The notes: generated by a model not told the origin, from the sequence alone. Positions 1 through 10,443 are shown, counted from the first letter of the stretch. The stretch is DNA of 63,497 bases from an uncultured Bacteroides sp. (GCA_964572615.1 CAZNGJ010000002.1:1-63497); one strand, 5' to 3'. Made by a program: numbers and translations.

Positions 1-1270
1 CGTGCATACGTGTAAGTATGGCGTTCAACTTTTCAGCATCGCTCTCGGTAACGGGACGCACGGCACGCTGATATTTGGGTGCCGGGTACTTGATGAAGTC
101 GAATTCGTAGTCGCAACCCTTTTCGTCAAGTGTATTGCCGGTGCGAACGTCTTTCAGTTTTACTGTTGCACCGATGTCACCGGCGTGGAGTTCGTCAATG
201 GGAGTCTTTATCTGACCGCATACGCAGTATATCTGAGCGATGCGTTCCTTAGAGCCACGGGTAACATTGTCGAGGTCGGCACCGGTCTTAAGCGTGCCCG
301 ACATTACCTTGAAGTAGGAAACTTCACCGATATGGGGTTCGACGGTAGTCTTGAACATATAGATGCTGAGGGGGCCGTTCGAATCGGGCTTCACCTCATC
401 ACCTGCTGTATTTACCGGAGCGGGCATATCGTCAACAAAGGGAACTACGTTGCCAAGGAACTCCATCATACGGCGAACACCCATATCCTTGGCTGCGCTA
501 ACGCAGAATACGGGATATATCGAGTTGGAGATGAGACCGAGGCGGATGCCCTTACGCATTTCGTCTTCGGTGAGGTGTTCTTCCTCGAAGAATTTTTCCA
601 TCAAGGTCTCGTCGTTTTCGGCAGCTGCCTCAACGAGTGCCTTGTGGTATTCGTTGGCACGCTCCATTTCTTCGGCCGGGATGTCTTCGATAGTGGGTAC
701 ACCGCCGTTGGGTCCCCATGAGTATTTCTTCATCAGCAGAACGTCGATCATGGCATTAAAGCCTTCGCCACAAGCCAGAGGGTACTGGATGGGCACAACC
801 TTGCTACCGAAAATTTCCTTCATCTGTTCGATAACGTTCTCGTAGTCAGCCTTTTCGCCGTCCAGTTGGTTGAGGGCGAAGATTACGGGTTTGTGGAGAG
901 ACGATGCTGTACGGAAGATATTTTGAGTGCCGACTTCGACGCCATACTGAGCGTCAACGACGATAACGCCTGTGTCGGTCACGTTAAGGGCGGTGATAGC
1001 ATTACCAACGAAGTCGTCAGCTCCCGGGCAGTCTATTACGTTAAGTTTTTTGCCAAGGAATTCAGCATAAAATACTGTCGAGAAAACCGACGAGCCGTAT
1101 TCCTTCTCAACGGGAAAATAGTCGCTGACAGTATTGCCGGCTTCGACAGTGCCGCGACGTTTTATAACTTCACACTCGAAGAGCATAGCTTCAGCGAGTG
1201 TGGTTTTTCCCGAGCCCTTGCTACCAAGCAAGGAGATGTTTTTGATTTCGTTAGTCTTGTAAACTTTCAT
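1..1270 (-). CDS. fusA2: Elongation factor G2 (EF-G paralog), 5' part; runs off the window start
   Basis: Missing from the ORF track. Manual translation from ATG 1270 gives MKVYKTNEIKNISLLGSKGSGKTTLAEAMLFE, with G1 GSKGSGKT, G3 DCPGADDF (no catalytic His) and G4 NQLD, typical of Bacteroidales EF-G2. Confidence 0.93.
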   Translation of the reverse strand, partial: MKVYKTNEIKNISLLGSKGSGKTTLAEAMLFECEVIKRRGTVEAGNTVSDYFPVEKEYGSSVFSTVFYAEFLGKKLNVIDCPGADDFVGNAITALNVTDTGVIVVDAQYGVEVGTQNIFRTASSLHKPVIFALNQLDGEKADYENVIEQMKEIFGSKVVPIQYPLACGEGFNAMIDVLLMKKYSWGPNGGVPTIEDIPAEEMERANEYHKALVEAAAENDETLMEKFFEEEHLTEDEMRKGIRLGLISNSIYPVFCVSAAKDMGVRRMMEFLGNVVPFVDDMPAPVNTAGDEVKPDSNGPLSIYMFKTTVEPHIGEVSYFKVMSGTLKTGADLDNVTRGSKERIAQIYCVCGQIKTPIDELHAGDIGATVKLKDVRTGNTLDEKGCDYEFDFIKYPAPKYQRAVRPVTESDAEKLNAILTRMH

Positions 1271-1368
1271 GGGGTTAGAAGTTTATGTTGGTAATACAAT
1301 TCATTGGTTATGGCGTTTGCAATGGTCATAGAGACTTCGAAACGCTGTTTGCTTTCGGAAAGCGACTG

Positions 1369-1376
1369 CAAATTAC
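1369..1376 (-). promoter_or_regulatory. Variant -7 promoter element for fusA2
   Basis: GTAATTTG(CA) on the minus strand about 100 nt upstream of the ATG; an imperfect match to TAnnTTTG. Confidence 0.5.
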
Positions 1377-1408
1377 AAAAAAATTGGCAAATGCAGAGCA
1401 CTTGCCAA

Positions 1409-1424
1409 TATGTTATACAACAGT
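1409..1424. promoter_or_regulatory. Putative Cur (BT4338/Crp-like) binding site
   Basis: TATGTTATACAACAGT resembles the recalled Cur palindrome TATGTTnTAnAACATA and lies just upstream of the fusA2 promoter. Confidence 0.65.
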
Positions 1425-1479
1425 ATTTTCAAACAAGGTTTTACAGCTGTATTATTCAGCATGTAAAGATCGGTGCGGT

Positions 1480-4182
1480 TTAGCCTTTTAGAGCCGCTAT
1501 TGTCGCCTCAATGGCCGCAATCTTAGCTGTGGCATCGGCTTGTTTCTTGCGTTCGGCCTCAACGACAGCAGCAGGAGCACCGGCAACGAAGCGTTCGTTA
1601 GCCAACTTCTTCTCCACGCTGCGCAGGAAACCTTGTTGATATTCAAGATCCTTGGTCAGACGTGCCAGTTCGGCTTCGACATCAATAGTGGCCGTGAGAG
1701 GAACGTTGAACTCGATGGTGCCCACCATGAACGATGCAGCTGCAGCGTCTTTCTCGCAACCGGTGTTGATAGCTTCGAGTCCTGCAAGTTTTTTTACGAC
1801 CGCAACAACATCTTCAGGAAGAACCGAACCTACAACATTGAGAGTCAAGGCTTCTTTGGGCGAGATGTTTTTTGCAGCACGTACACCGCGAACACCTGTG
1901 ATGACAGCCATGGCCAGGTCCATATCGGCGAGCACCTGAGCCTCATCAGCTAAGTCCTTAGACTCGGGCATCATTGCGTACATGATGGATTCACCCTCGC
2001 GACGTGTTTCGAGCGCCTGCCATAACTCCTCGGTGATGAAGGGCATGAAGGGGTGCATTACGCGCAACACGGCGTCGAAGAAATCTTTCGCTTCCTTAAG
2101 AGTGGTAGCATCGACAGGCGAGCCGTATGCGGGCTTGACCATTTCCAGGTACCATGACGAGAAATCATCGCGCACCAGTTTGTAAACAGCCATAAGGGCT
2201 TCGCTCAGGCGGAACTTCTCGAAAAGGTCGTTAATCTCGGCAACAGTAGCATTCAAACGAGCCTCAAACCAACGCTTGGCTTGTTTGGCAACCTCGGGTT
2301 GTTCTATCTTGTCGTCAACCTCCCAACCGGTTACAAGACGGAAAGCATTCCAGATCTTGTTACAGAAGTTGCGACCCTGTTCGCAGAGTTTGTCATCGTA
2401 GAGGATGTCATTACCGGCGGGAGCAGCCAGCAGCATGCCCATACGAACGCCGTCGGCACCGAAGCGGGCAATGAGTTCCAGGGGGTCGGGGCTGTTGCCA
2501 AGCGACTTGGACATCTTTCGGCCGAGCGAGTCGCGCACGATGCCGGTGAAGTATACATTCTTGAAGGGCATTTTGCCGACATATTCGTAGCCAGCCATAA
2601 TCATGCGTGCCACCCAGAAGAAAATGATGTCCGGACCCGTTACGAGGGTTGATGTCGGGTAATAATAATTGATTTCGGGATTACCGGGATCGTTAATGCC
2701 GTCGAAAAGTGTGATGGGCCACAGCCAGCTCGAGAACCAAGTGTCGAGTGCACCGGGGTCCTGAGTAAGATCTTCGAGCTTAAGGTTTTCGAGACAGGAC
2801 TCCTTGCGAGCAACTTCAAGAGCTTCTTCTACGTTCTCGGCAACAGCAAAGCGTGTCTCACCCTTGGCATCAGTGTAATACCAAGCAGGAATACGATGAC
2901 CCCACCACAGCTGGCGACTTATGCACCAGTCCTGGATATTCTCAAGCCATACACGATAGGTGTTCTTGTACTTTTCGGGCACAAAGCGAATCAAGTCGTC
3001 CATGACGGGGGCGAGTGAGATGGAAGCGAAATGCTTCATATCTACAAACCACTGCTGCGATAGACGCGGCTCTATGGGCACCTTGGTGCGTTCGCTAAGA
3101 CCGACATTGTTGGTATAGTCCTCTACACGTTCCAACAGACCTGCGGCAACAAGATCCTTTTCGATCTGACGACGGACATCAAAACGGTCCATGCCGACAT
3201 ACATACCGGCCGCTTCGCTTATTGTAGCGTCATCGTTGAAAATATCTATAGTTTCGAGGTTATGCTTCTTGCCGAGCATGTTGTCGTTCTTGTCATGGGC
3301 CGGAGTAACCTTAAGACAACCCGTACCGAACTCAATGTCGACATAACGGTCCTCGATGACAGGAATTTCACGGTTTACCAACGGAACGATGACTTTGTGG
3401 CCTTTAAGCCAAGTATTTTTGGGATCCTTGGGGTTAATGCACATAGCAGTGTCACCCATGATTGTTTCGGGACGTGTGGTGGCAACAACGGCATAACGAC
3501 GACCATTGGCATCGGTGTGGATAACCTCGCCTTCGGCTGCGGGTGCAGGATTGGTCGCGTCATCGGCCAGATAGTAGCGCAAATAGTACAACTTGCTGTG
3601 CTCTGTCTGGAAGTTCACCTCGTCGTCGCTGATGGCTGTAAGGTTAACGGGGTCCCAGTTGACCATACGCAGGCCGCGGTAGATGTAGCCCTTGCGGAAC
3701 AGGTCGACGAATACCTTAGTTACTGCTTTCGAGCGCTCTTCGTCCATGGTGAAAGCCGTACGATCCCAGTCGCACGAAGCGCCAAGCTTACGGAGCTGTT
3801 GCAGGATTATACCGCCGTGTGTGCGAGTCCAATCCCAAGCGTGTTCGAGGAACTCTTCGCGCGACAGGTCGGTTTTCTTAATACCCTCAGCGGCCAACTT
3901 GGCGATAACCTTGGTTTCGGTTGCGATAGATGCATGGTCGGTACCGGGCACCCACAGAGCATTCTTACCTAACATTCGGGCGCGACGCACCAAAATATCC
4001 TGGATGGTGTTATTGAGCATGTGACCCATGTGTAGAACACCGGTCACGTTTGGCGGCGGGATTACGATTGTGTAAGGTTCGCGGCCGTCGGGCTCGCTGC
4101 GGAACAGACGGTGTTCCATCCAATAGGCATACCATTTGTCTTCGACCGCATTCGGGTCGTATTTTGGAGGCAGGGTATTCAT
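1480..4182 (-). CDS. valS: Valine--tRNA ligase
   Basis: [13 protein letters not shown] (HIGH-like), [17 protein letters not shown] and a C-terminal coiled coil. Confidence 0.99.
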   Translation of the reverse strand: MNTLPPKYDPNAVEDKWYAYWMEHRLFRSEPDGREPYTIVIPPPNVTGVLHMGHMLNNTIQDILVRRARMLGKNALWVPGTDHASIATETKVIAKLAAEGIKKTDLSREEFLEHAWDWTRTHGGIILQQLRKLGASCDWDRTAFTMDEERSKAVTKVFVDLFRKGYIYRGLRMVNWDPVNLTAISDDEVNFQTEHSKLYYLRYYLADDATNPAPAAEGEVIHTDANGRRYAVVATTRPETIMGDTAMCINPKDPKNTWLKGHKVIVPLVNREIPVIEDRYVDIEFGTGCLKVTPAHDKNDNMLGKKHNLETIDIFNDDATISEAAGMYVGMDRFDVRRQIEKDLVAAGLLERVEDYTNNVGLSERTKVPIEPRLSQQWFVDMKHFASISLAPVMDDLIRFVPEKYKNTYRVWLENIQDWCISRQLWWGHRIPAWYYTDAKGETRFAVAENVEEALEVARKESCLENLKLEDLTQDPGALDTWFSSWLWPITLFDGINDPGNPEINYYYPTSTLVTGPDIIFFWVARMIMAGYEYVGKMPFKNVYFTGIVRDSLGRKMSKSLGNSPDPLELIARFGADGVRMGMLLAAPAGNDILYDDKLCEQGRNFCNKIWNAFRLVTGWEVDDKIEQPEVAKQAKRWFEARLNATVAEINDLFEKFRLSEALMAVYKLVRDDFSSWYLEMVKPAYGSPVDATTLKEAKDFFDAVLRVMHPFMPFITEELWQALETRREGESIMYAMMPESKDLADEAQVLADMDLAMAVITGVRGVRAAKNISPKEALTLNVVGSVLPEDVVAVVKKLAGLEAINTGCEKDAAAASFMVGTIEFNVPLTATIDVEAELARLTKDLEYQQGFLRSVEKKLANERFVAGAPAAVVEAERKKQADATAKIAAIEATIAALKG

Positions 4183-4222
4183 AATCTATATTGTGTTAGT
4201 TTATTATGTTCGATTGGGAGTA

Positions 4223-4230
4223 CAAAGTTA
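4223..4230 (-). promoter_or_regulatory. -7 promoter element for valS
   Basis: TAACTTTG matches the Bacteroidota TAnnTTTG consensus. Confidence 0.7.
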
Positions 4231-4259
4231 CAAAAATCTTCGGAGAAACAGGCTAAGGT

Positions 4260-5417
4260 TCAGTCTTTTTGTTCAGCAGTAAACAGAAAACGGAACGCAC
4301 CTCCCGAAGGTACGAGATCGAGAGAGCCTGCTGAGAGTCGTCCATCAGTAATCTTTGCGCACGAGACTCGTGCGAATGGGTAGGGGACATCATCTGCCGG
4401 CCGAATACGGAAGCTACCTTGAGAGTCACTCGAAAGAAACCGATATGTCAGTCTGTGTGCAACATGGCCCATCGTTCGACGCAGATTGACTTCAACCGGG
4501 ACAACGGCAACATATTGGTCATGACGGTGACCAACAATAAAATCGACTCCGACGGGTCCCGGATAACCGGATTGATTCTTCATGTGTACAATTCGTTCCG
4601 TAAGCCAATTCTGTAGAGCTTTGAAATCAACTGCGCGTCCTGCTGCGCCGTTGATACGTCCTTCAATATCTTCGTCGGGAATCAGGATGTTGCCCGTCCA
4701 TCCGCCATGTGAGTCTGTATCGAACAGGGAGTATCCCTCGAACTGTCCTTCTTCGTTCCAAAGCATGGCAAAATCAAGCAGCCGGTGATAATAAGGCGTA
4801 ACTTCGACGGCGCCCTGCCGATTTATCATACCGGCGACACGGCGAGGCAGTTCTTCCGGGGTAGTACGGTCGCTGACTTGCTGACCGCGGCCTGAATTTG
4901 ACCACGGCAACTTTATCATGGCTGGTGACAGATTTTTTACGGCATCAAGCGCTTGCAACAAGGTGTCAGCGATTACGCCTTGGCATTCCATCGGATGACC
5001 GACAGTAAGCTCGGGGTAAGTGGTCAACAACTCATTAAGAATCGGGGTCCAGTACAAGCGACTGCTTATATTTCTCCACCGGTCAATCTGTTCCCGTGTA
5101 GGCAAAAGTTGAGTGATGAAGCCGAAATTCGACAAGTATTTGGCCGTTTTGGCCGACCAACCCCAGGGATCAGGCTTCATGCTGCTGGCTACTTGCATGG
5201 TCGGCTTTACATCCAATCCAAATGTATCGGAAATTTCCTTAAACCATTGAGCATTTACAGCGCCGATAAATCTGTCTCCCGGATTCCCGTACCAGATAGG
5301 AAGACATGCACCGGCACTGGCAAGGTCCATGGCAGCCCGCGGCGCGGTAAAATTGTCATTGCCGTTGGCCAGTGCAAGATCGTTCTGAGGATTAAACAGG
5401 TATATCCGGGCTGCCAT
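4260..5417 (-). CDS. Conserved Bacteroidales hypothetical protein, ATP-grasp-like
   Basis: 385 aa; N-terminal FNPQNDLALA, KLPWSNSGRG loop, GPVGVDF and VEVNLR resemble ATP-grasp motifs. Confidence 0.65.
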   Translation of the reverse strand: MAARIYLFNPQNDLALANGNDNFTAPRAAMDLASAGACLPIWYGNPGDRFIGAVNAQWFKEISDTFGLDVKPTMQVASSMKPDPWGWSAKTAKYLSNFGFITQLLPTREQIDRWRNISSRLYWTPILNELLTTYPELTVGHPMECQGVIADTLLQALDAVKNLSPAMIKLPWSNSGRGQQVSDRTTPEELPRRVAGMINRQGAVEVTPYYHRLLDFAMLWNEEGQFEGYSLFDTDSHGGWTGNILIPDEDIEGRINGAAGRAVDFKALQNWLTERIVHMKNQSGYPGPVGVDFIVGHRHDQYVAVVPVEVNLRRTMGHVAHRLTYRFLSSDSQGSFRIRPADDVPYPFARVSCAKITDGRLSAGSLDLVPSGGAFRFLFTAEQKD

Positions 5418-5430
5418 CTTTAATAATGGA

Positions 5431-6417
5431 CTATTCGATGAAAACTGTAATGAGTTTTAACGGTGTCGACTTAGCCACGATATCGACATATTCTGTTTCT
5501 GCGGGTACAAGAATAGTTTCACCGCGGCGCAACAAGGTTGTGTTTCCGTCCGGATCTGAGATTTCACCGGTGCCTGCTATTGCAATAAGAATACGGGGCG
5601 AATCGGTTTCTGCGATTTCAAGTCGCAAACTCGACATTACCTGAACGGCAGTTACAGTAAAATAAGGGGTGTATTTCACCCTCGTCTCGCAACCAATCAA
5701 CATCTGGGGACGAGCAAGCCCGAAATCGGTTTGGCTGTAATCAATGACATCTAACGCTTCGTCGATATGCAACTCGCGCAGACGCCCGTTCTTATCCCTA
5801 CGGTCGTAGTCGTGAAGACGGTATGTTACGCCACTGGTCTGCTGAATCTCAAGCAGCAGATTTCCGGCACCGATACTGTGAATACGCCCTGCCGGCAGGT
5901 AAAACACGTCGCCGGGCGCTGCGAAGTGTTTTGCCAGCACGTTGACGAGACGGTTGGCATTCATAACACCGCACAACTTGTCTCGATCGAGCGGGCGGTT
6001 GAATCCTGAATAGATATATGAGCCTGGGTCGGACTTAATGATATACCACAACTCGGTTTTACCATGGCCGTCGGGAGCAGTGTCATCTCCCGGATGAACC
6101 TGAATGGACAGATCATCTTCGGCATCGATAAACTTGATAAGCAACGGGAAGAAGTTGCCATACCGCTCATATAGACGCTGTCCCATCAGTCGCTCTCCGT
6201 GCAAACGAAGTACATCAGTGATCGTTTTGCCGGCAAACGGACCGTCAACAATGGCCGTTTCCTCGCCCTCGAGTCCGGAAATCTCCCAACTCTCGCCGAT
6301 ATGATCACCCGGCAACTCTGATAGACCCTTGAAGCCTGCAAGGCGTGAGCCTCCCCAACGAACCGAACGGAATATGGGGCGGAAACGCAAAAGTCCGAGT
6401 GAGTTACTTTTTGTCAT
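5431..6417 (-). CDS. manA: Mannose-6-phosphate isomerase, type I
   Basis: WGG, IGESWE, LSIQVHP, GKTELW, GRIHSIG and EIQQ motifs. Confidence 0.93.
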   Translation of the reverse strand: MTKSNSLGLLRFRPIFRSVRWGGSRLAGFKGLSELPGDHIGESWEISGLEGEETAIVDGPFAGKTITDVLRLHGERLMGQRLYERYGNFFPLLIKFIDAEDDLSIQVHPGDDTAPDGHGKTELWYIIKSDPGSYIYSGFNRPLDRDKLCGVMNANRLVNVLAKHFAAPGDVFYLPAGRIHSIGAGNLLLEIQQTSGVTYRLHDYDRRDKNGRLRELHIDEALDVIDYSQTDFGLARPQMLIGCETRVKYTPYFTVTAVQVMSSLRLEIAETDSPRILIAIAGTGEISDPDGNTTLLRRGETILVPAETEYVDIVAKSTPLKLITVFIE

Positions 6418-6427
6418 ATCTTAATAA

Positions 6428-7627
6428 TTAATCGATTACGGCAAGTCCACCCCGGGCAGTCTCTTTATATAATGAAGGCAAGTCGTGGCCGGTTTGTTTC
6501 ATTACCTTGACAATGCGGTCGAACGATACAGAGTGTGTACCATCGCTAAACGAAGCATATAGGTTGGAGTCGAGAGCGCGGGCTGCCGCGTAGGCATTGC
6601 GCTCGATACAAGGTATCTGGACGAGGCCGCATACCGGGTCGCAAGTCATGCCGAGATGATGCTCGAGACCCATTTCGGCCGAGTACTCTATCTGTTGTGG
6701 GGTTCCTCCGAAGAGTTGACTTGCAGCGGCAGCAGCCATAGCACACGCCACGCCGACCTCACCCTGACAGCCGACTTCGGCACCCGAGACGGACGCATTC
6801 TCCTTGACGACGTTGCCGAAAAGACCTGCGGTGGCCAGTGCCCGAAGGATTCGGACTTCGCTGAAACCTTTGGAAGTGTAAAGGTGGTAGAGTACAGCAG
6901 GCAGAACACCGGACGAACCGCATGTAGGTGCCGTAACAATCTGGTGTCCCGAAGCATTTTCCTCGCTGACTGCGAGCGCGTAGGCATAAACAAGCCCACG
7001 GCTTTTGAGCGAGGAGTTGTGACCCGCTGCACGAACATAGTAACTTACAGCCTTACGGGCAACGCCGAGAGGACCGGGCAAGACGCCTTCGGCTTCAAGG
7101 CCTCGTTCGACCGAAGCCTTCATCGCCTCCCACACCTCCTTAAGATAATCCCAAATCTCGGGACCTTCGCACATCTCTACATACTCCCAATAAGCGCGTC
7201 CGGTTTTGCGACACCAATCAAGTATCTGACCAATTTTGGTCATATCGTAAATATCCGGTTCTTCCGGCGCCGACTCGCCTTCGCGGACTATGTCGCCTCC
7301 TCCGATACTGTAATAGGTATCTTCGGACCTAACATCCCCATCGTGGTCAAGAGCACGCAAACGCATGGCATTGGTGTGAAAGGGAAGAACTGTGTCCGGC
7401 TCCCACAGCATATCGACAGGTGCCGTGTCCTTCAATGCGTCGATGACGGCAACATCTGTCATGTGTCCTTTCCCCGTGGCAGCAAGCGAACCATAGAGGG
7501 TAACCTCAAAGCGGGCCGGTGTTTCTTTGAGAGCGTCGCGAAAACGGATAGCGGCCCGTCGAGGACCCATGGTATGGGAACTCGATGGACCGTAACCTAT
7601 CTTGAACAGAGAGCGGAGCGATTTCAT
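6428..7627 (-). CDS. sdaA: L-serine dehydratase (Fe-S, single chain)
   Basis: IGYGPSSSHTMGP, GSLAATGKGH, GCQGEVG, CDPVCGLVQIPCIERN. Confidence 0.96.
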   Translation of the reverse strand: MKSLRSLFKIGYGPSSSHTMGPRRAAIRFRDALKETPARFEVTLYGSLAATGKGHMTDVAVIDALKDTAPVDMLWEPDTVLPFHTNAMRLRALDHDGDVRSEDTYYSIGGGDIVREGESAPEEPDIYDMTKIGQILDWCRKTGRAYWEYVEMCEGPEIWDYLKEVWEAMKASVERGLEAEGVLPGPLGVARKAVSYYVRAAGHNSSLKSRGLVYAYALAVSEENASGHQIVTAPTCGSSGVLPAVLYHLYTSKGFSEVRILRALATAGLFGNVVKENASVSGAEVGCQGEVGVACAMAAAAASQLFGGTPQQIEYSAEMGLEHHLGMTCDPVCGLVQIPCIERNAYAAARALDSNLYASFSDGTHSVSFDRIVKVMKQTGHDLPSLYKETARGGLAVID

Positions 7628-9507
7628 CAGATGTCAGCGTCGGTCGATTCCTGAGTAGCCAACATGTCGGCTGCAATATCACCGGCAGTTTCACGCTGCT
7701 TGTCGCCACTTGTTTCCTTCACAATCCATACAGCCAATGCACCAAGCAGAAGGAGAATGCCTGAGGTGGTCAACATGAAGACCGTGTTGGGAGCGCCGGC
7801 AGAAGCACCGGATGCTACAGTGGGGAACAGACCGAGGAGAAGGCCGCCGAGCAATGCTGCAACTATCTGGGGTATGCAAATTGTGCAGTTGAACAGGCCC
7901 AGATAAGCACCGATATTCTTACCTGACAATGCATTTGTTAGAATGGTAAATGGCATGGCGAGCATTGCAGCCCATCCACAGCCGGCCAACCCGTAGCTTA
8001 CAAAGAGCAGGTACTGATTATGTACTAAGTAGATGGACAGGAAGCCAAGTGCTCCGATAAACAAGCTCAAGGAATAAGCCAACTTGCGACTGCGGAAGCG
8101 TGCGAGAACGAGAGCCCAGATTACAGCTACAATACCCTGAACGGCGAGGAGGTTACCGTTCCAGTCGCCGGCACTCTGATATTGTGCAGTCGAGGGATTG
8201 AGCTTGGTGCTGTAAACGAGTTCAATGTCTGCAGATGACGAAACTGCGGGAAGTTCGGTAACTTCTTCGAGTTCATATTTACCGTTGGTCTCGACTGCCA
8301 TACCGGCCAGCTTGAGTTTCGAGTCGGAATTTATATCGTTGAAACGGGAAACAGCTGTTATATTCTCCGCCTCGACAACTTCACCATCGATGGTAAGCTG
8401 CTTTCCGGCCACATTGAGTACACCGTTGTCGGGATCAAGAATCGAGACACCCTGCACATAAAATATCTTACCGTCTTTAACAAGAGTGTCGTTATCGTTG
8501 AGTACGACCAACTGAGGAGATGTAGCTTCGGCATCATCAACACGGATAGCATCGAGAACATGACGGCCTTTGTCGAGTACCATCTTGTCACCGTCAAATA
8601 GGAAGTTGTCGTGGTACTCTGTACCGTTGATTACAACTTTGTCTACGGCTTTCATTGTAGGAGCGTCAAAAGCCTGAATCGCTACTGCGTCAGTCGAATA
8701 TGACCACATGTAGAGGAAACCGGCCCAGCAGAAGAATTGCACGATACCTACGGTCCAGAATACAGTGGGAGCCTTGGCAAGAAGTTTGAATACGTTGTCA
8801 CCTTTTGCTTTTTCACCCTTTTTGGCAGGAGTCTCAGTGATTCCGTGGTAAGCGGCATATTCTGCCGGGGGCATTTCCTTGACCTTGGCCATGGTGTAGA
8901 ACACGCAGAGTAACAGGATGGCAGCCCCGAGGTAGAAAGCGACCGTAACAGTCATGGGCACTTCGCCTTCGGGTGCCGAGTTGGGAAGGAACCAAGCCAG
9001 TACGAAGGGTGCTACATAACCGACAACCGAGCCTGCGTTGCACAGGAACGATTGAATAGAGTAGGCGAGACCTTTCTGGCGTTCGTTGACAAAATCGCCG
9101 ACAAGCATCTTAAATGGCTGCATGGCCATGTTGATCGAAGTGTCGAGGAACATAAGCATTATCAATCCGAATATGATAGCCGACGACACAGTCAGACCAA
9201 GCGAGCCTGCGTTAGGCAGCAAGCACATAACAATTATGGCAACCAGAGCACCAAAAATGAGGTAGGGGAGACGACGTCCGAAGCGATTCCAGGTGCGGTC
9301 GCTGGCACTACCGACAATAGGCTGAACAATAAGGCCCATCAGTGGGGGCAAAATCCAGAAGTAGCTGAGTTGGTGCGGGTCGGCACCGATAGTCGAGAAA
9401 ATTCGGCTTACCTGCGAACTTTGGAGTGCGTAGGCTATCTGAACGCCGAAGAAACCGAAGCTGAGATTCCACAGCTTCCAAAAACCGAGGTCGGGTTTGC
9501 GTGTCAT
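7627..9507 (-). CDS. MFS sugar transporter (SLC45/MalT-like) with a large inserted loop domain
   Basis: Likely start MTRKPDLGFWKLWNLSFGFFGVQ; SDRTWNRFGRR motif A; about 12 hydrophobic segments; GLFNCTICIPQ. Confidence 0.88.
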   Translation of the reverse strand: MTRKPDLGFWKLWNLSFGFFGVQIAYALQSSQVSRIFSTIGADPHQLSYFWILPPLMGLIVQPIVGSASDRTWNRFGRRLPYLIFGALVAIIVMCLLPNAGSLGLTVSSAIIFGLIMLMFLDTSINMAMQPFKMLVGDFVNERQKGLAYSIQSFLCNAGSVVGYVAPFVLAWFLPNSAPEGEVPMTVTVAFYLGAAILLLCVFYTMAKVKEMPPAEYAAYHGITETPAKKGEKAKGDNVFKLLAKAPTVFWTVGIVQFFCWAGFLYMWSYSTDAVAIQAFDAPTMKAVDKVVINGTEYHDNFLFDGDKMVLDKGRHVLDAIRVDDAEATSPQLVVLNDNDTLVKDGKIFYVQGVSILDPDNGVLNVAGKQLTIDGEVVEAENITAVSRFNDINSDSKLKLAGMAVETNGKYELEEVTELPAVSSSADIELVYSTKLNPSTAQYQSAGDWNGNLLAVQGIVAVIWALVLARFRSRKLAYSLSLFIGALGFLSIYLVHNQYLLFVSYGLAGCGWAAMLAMPFTILTNALSGKNIGAYLGLFNCTICIPQIVAALLGGLLLGLFPTVASGASAGAPNTVFMLTTSGILLLLGALAVWIVKETSGDKQRETAGDIAADMLATQESTDADI

Positions 9508-9551
9508 GTGCGGTGGGCTGAATTGATTGTTCTTATGGTAATAAAAGTTTG

Positions 9552-10427
9552 TTATTCTTGGTGGGAGGGAACACTGTAACCGTAAAGTGCGCTTACTTCT
9601 TTCGGCCAAAGTGTTTCGTCGGGTGTTTCGAGGATCAGAGGAATATTGTCAGTACGAGGATCGGCCATGAGTCGAGCGAAAAAATCAGCACCGATGGCGC
9701 CCTTGCCGATGCTTTCGTGGCGGTCGATACGAGAGCCTGCTTCACGCTTGCTGTCATTAAGGTGCATGGCGCATAGATACTCGCGGCCGATTGTACTATC
9801 GAAGTCCGCCCAAGCTTTGTCGTAGCCTTCAGCTGTCGACCAATCATATCCGGCTGCAAAAGCGTGACAAGTGTCGATACATACTCCGACACGGTTTTTG
9901 TCTTCGATATGCTCGATAAGGAATGCCAATTGCTCGAAGTTCCATCCGAGATTAGAGCCTTGACCGGCAGTGTTTTCGATAACCGCTTTAACTCCTTCGG
10001 TCTTGTCGAGAGCGAGATTAACCGATTCGGCAATAGTGCGAAGGCATGTCTCTTCGTCAACCTTGTTTAGGCTTGCTCCCGGATGAAAGTTGAGCATGGT
10101 TAGTCCCAACATACTGCAACGTTTGAATTCGTCTGTGAGTAGTTTACGCGACATGGCAAGTTTGCGGGGTTCCGGCGAACCGGGGTTCATCATGAAGCCG
10201 GCATGGGGGAGGATGGCTTCCGGACCAAATCCGTACTTGGCACATTGCTGTCGGAACGCTTCGCATACCTCGGGCGAAGGGGCTGCGGGACGCCAGGCGT
10301 CGCTTGCTGCGGTAAACAGCGAGAAAGCCCGTGCACCAATTGCATGGGCGTATCCCGGGGCAAAACTCACGTCCGGTTCAGCCGAAACGTGCGCGCCGAT
10401 CAACTTATGCGATTCTGTCATGCTCAT
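9552..10427 (-). CDS. nfo: Endonuclease IV (AP endonuclease family 2)
   Basis: IGAHVS, NFHPG, IENTAGQG, DTCHAFAAG, HLNDS, DRHE, ILETP. Confidence 0.96.
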   Translation of the reverse strand: MSMTESHKLIGAHVSAEPDVSFAPGYAHAIGARAFSLFTAASDAWRPAAPSPEVCEAFRQQCAKYGFGPEAILPHAGFMMNPGSPEPRKLAMSRKLLTDEFKRCSMLGLTMLNFHPGASLNKVDEETCLRTIAESVNLALDKTEGVKAVIENTAGQGSNLGWNFEQLAFLIEHIEDKNRVGVCIDTCHAFAAGYDWSTAEGYDKAWADFDSTIGREYLCAMHLNDSKREAGSRIDRHESIGKGAIGADFFARLMADPRTDNIPLILETPDETLWPKEVSALYGYSVPSHQE

Positions 10428-10435
10428 ATATCATA

Positions 10436-10443
10436 CAAAGATA
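10436..10443 (-). promoter_or_regulatory. -7 promoter element for nfo (very short leader)
   Basis: TATCTTTG lies 8 nt upstream of the ATG. Confidence 0.6.

Noticed and set aside
2-1294. Plus-strand ORFs 2..721, 363..845 and 866..1294
   Set aside because: They are antisense shadows of fusA2, which the track missed because it has no stop codon inside the window.
9508-9609. N-terminal extension of the MFS ORF overlapping nfo
   Set aside because: The family-like sequence begins at Met 9507. The same reasoning applies to the over-long starts the track gives for the UDG-like gene, sigma, patatin, prs, pcrA, nspC, miaA, dxs, the adaptor and the flavin reductase.
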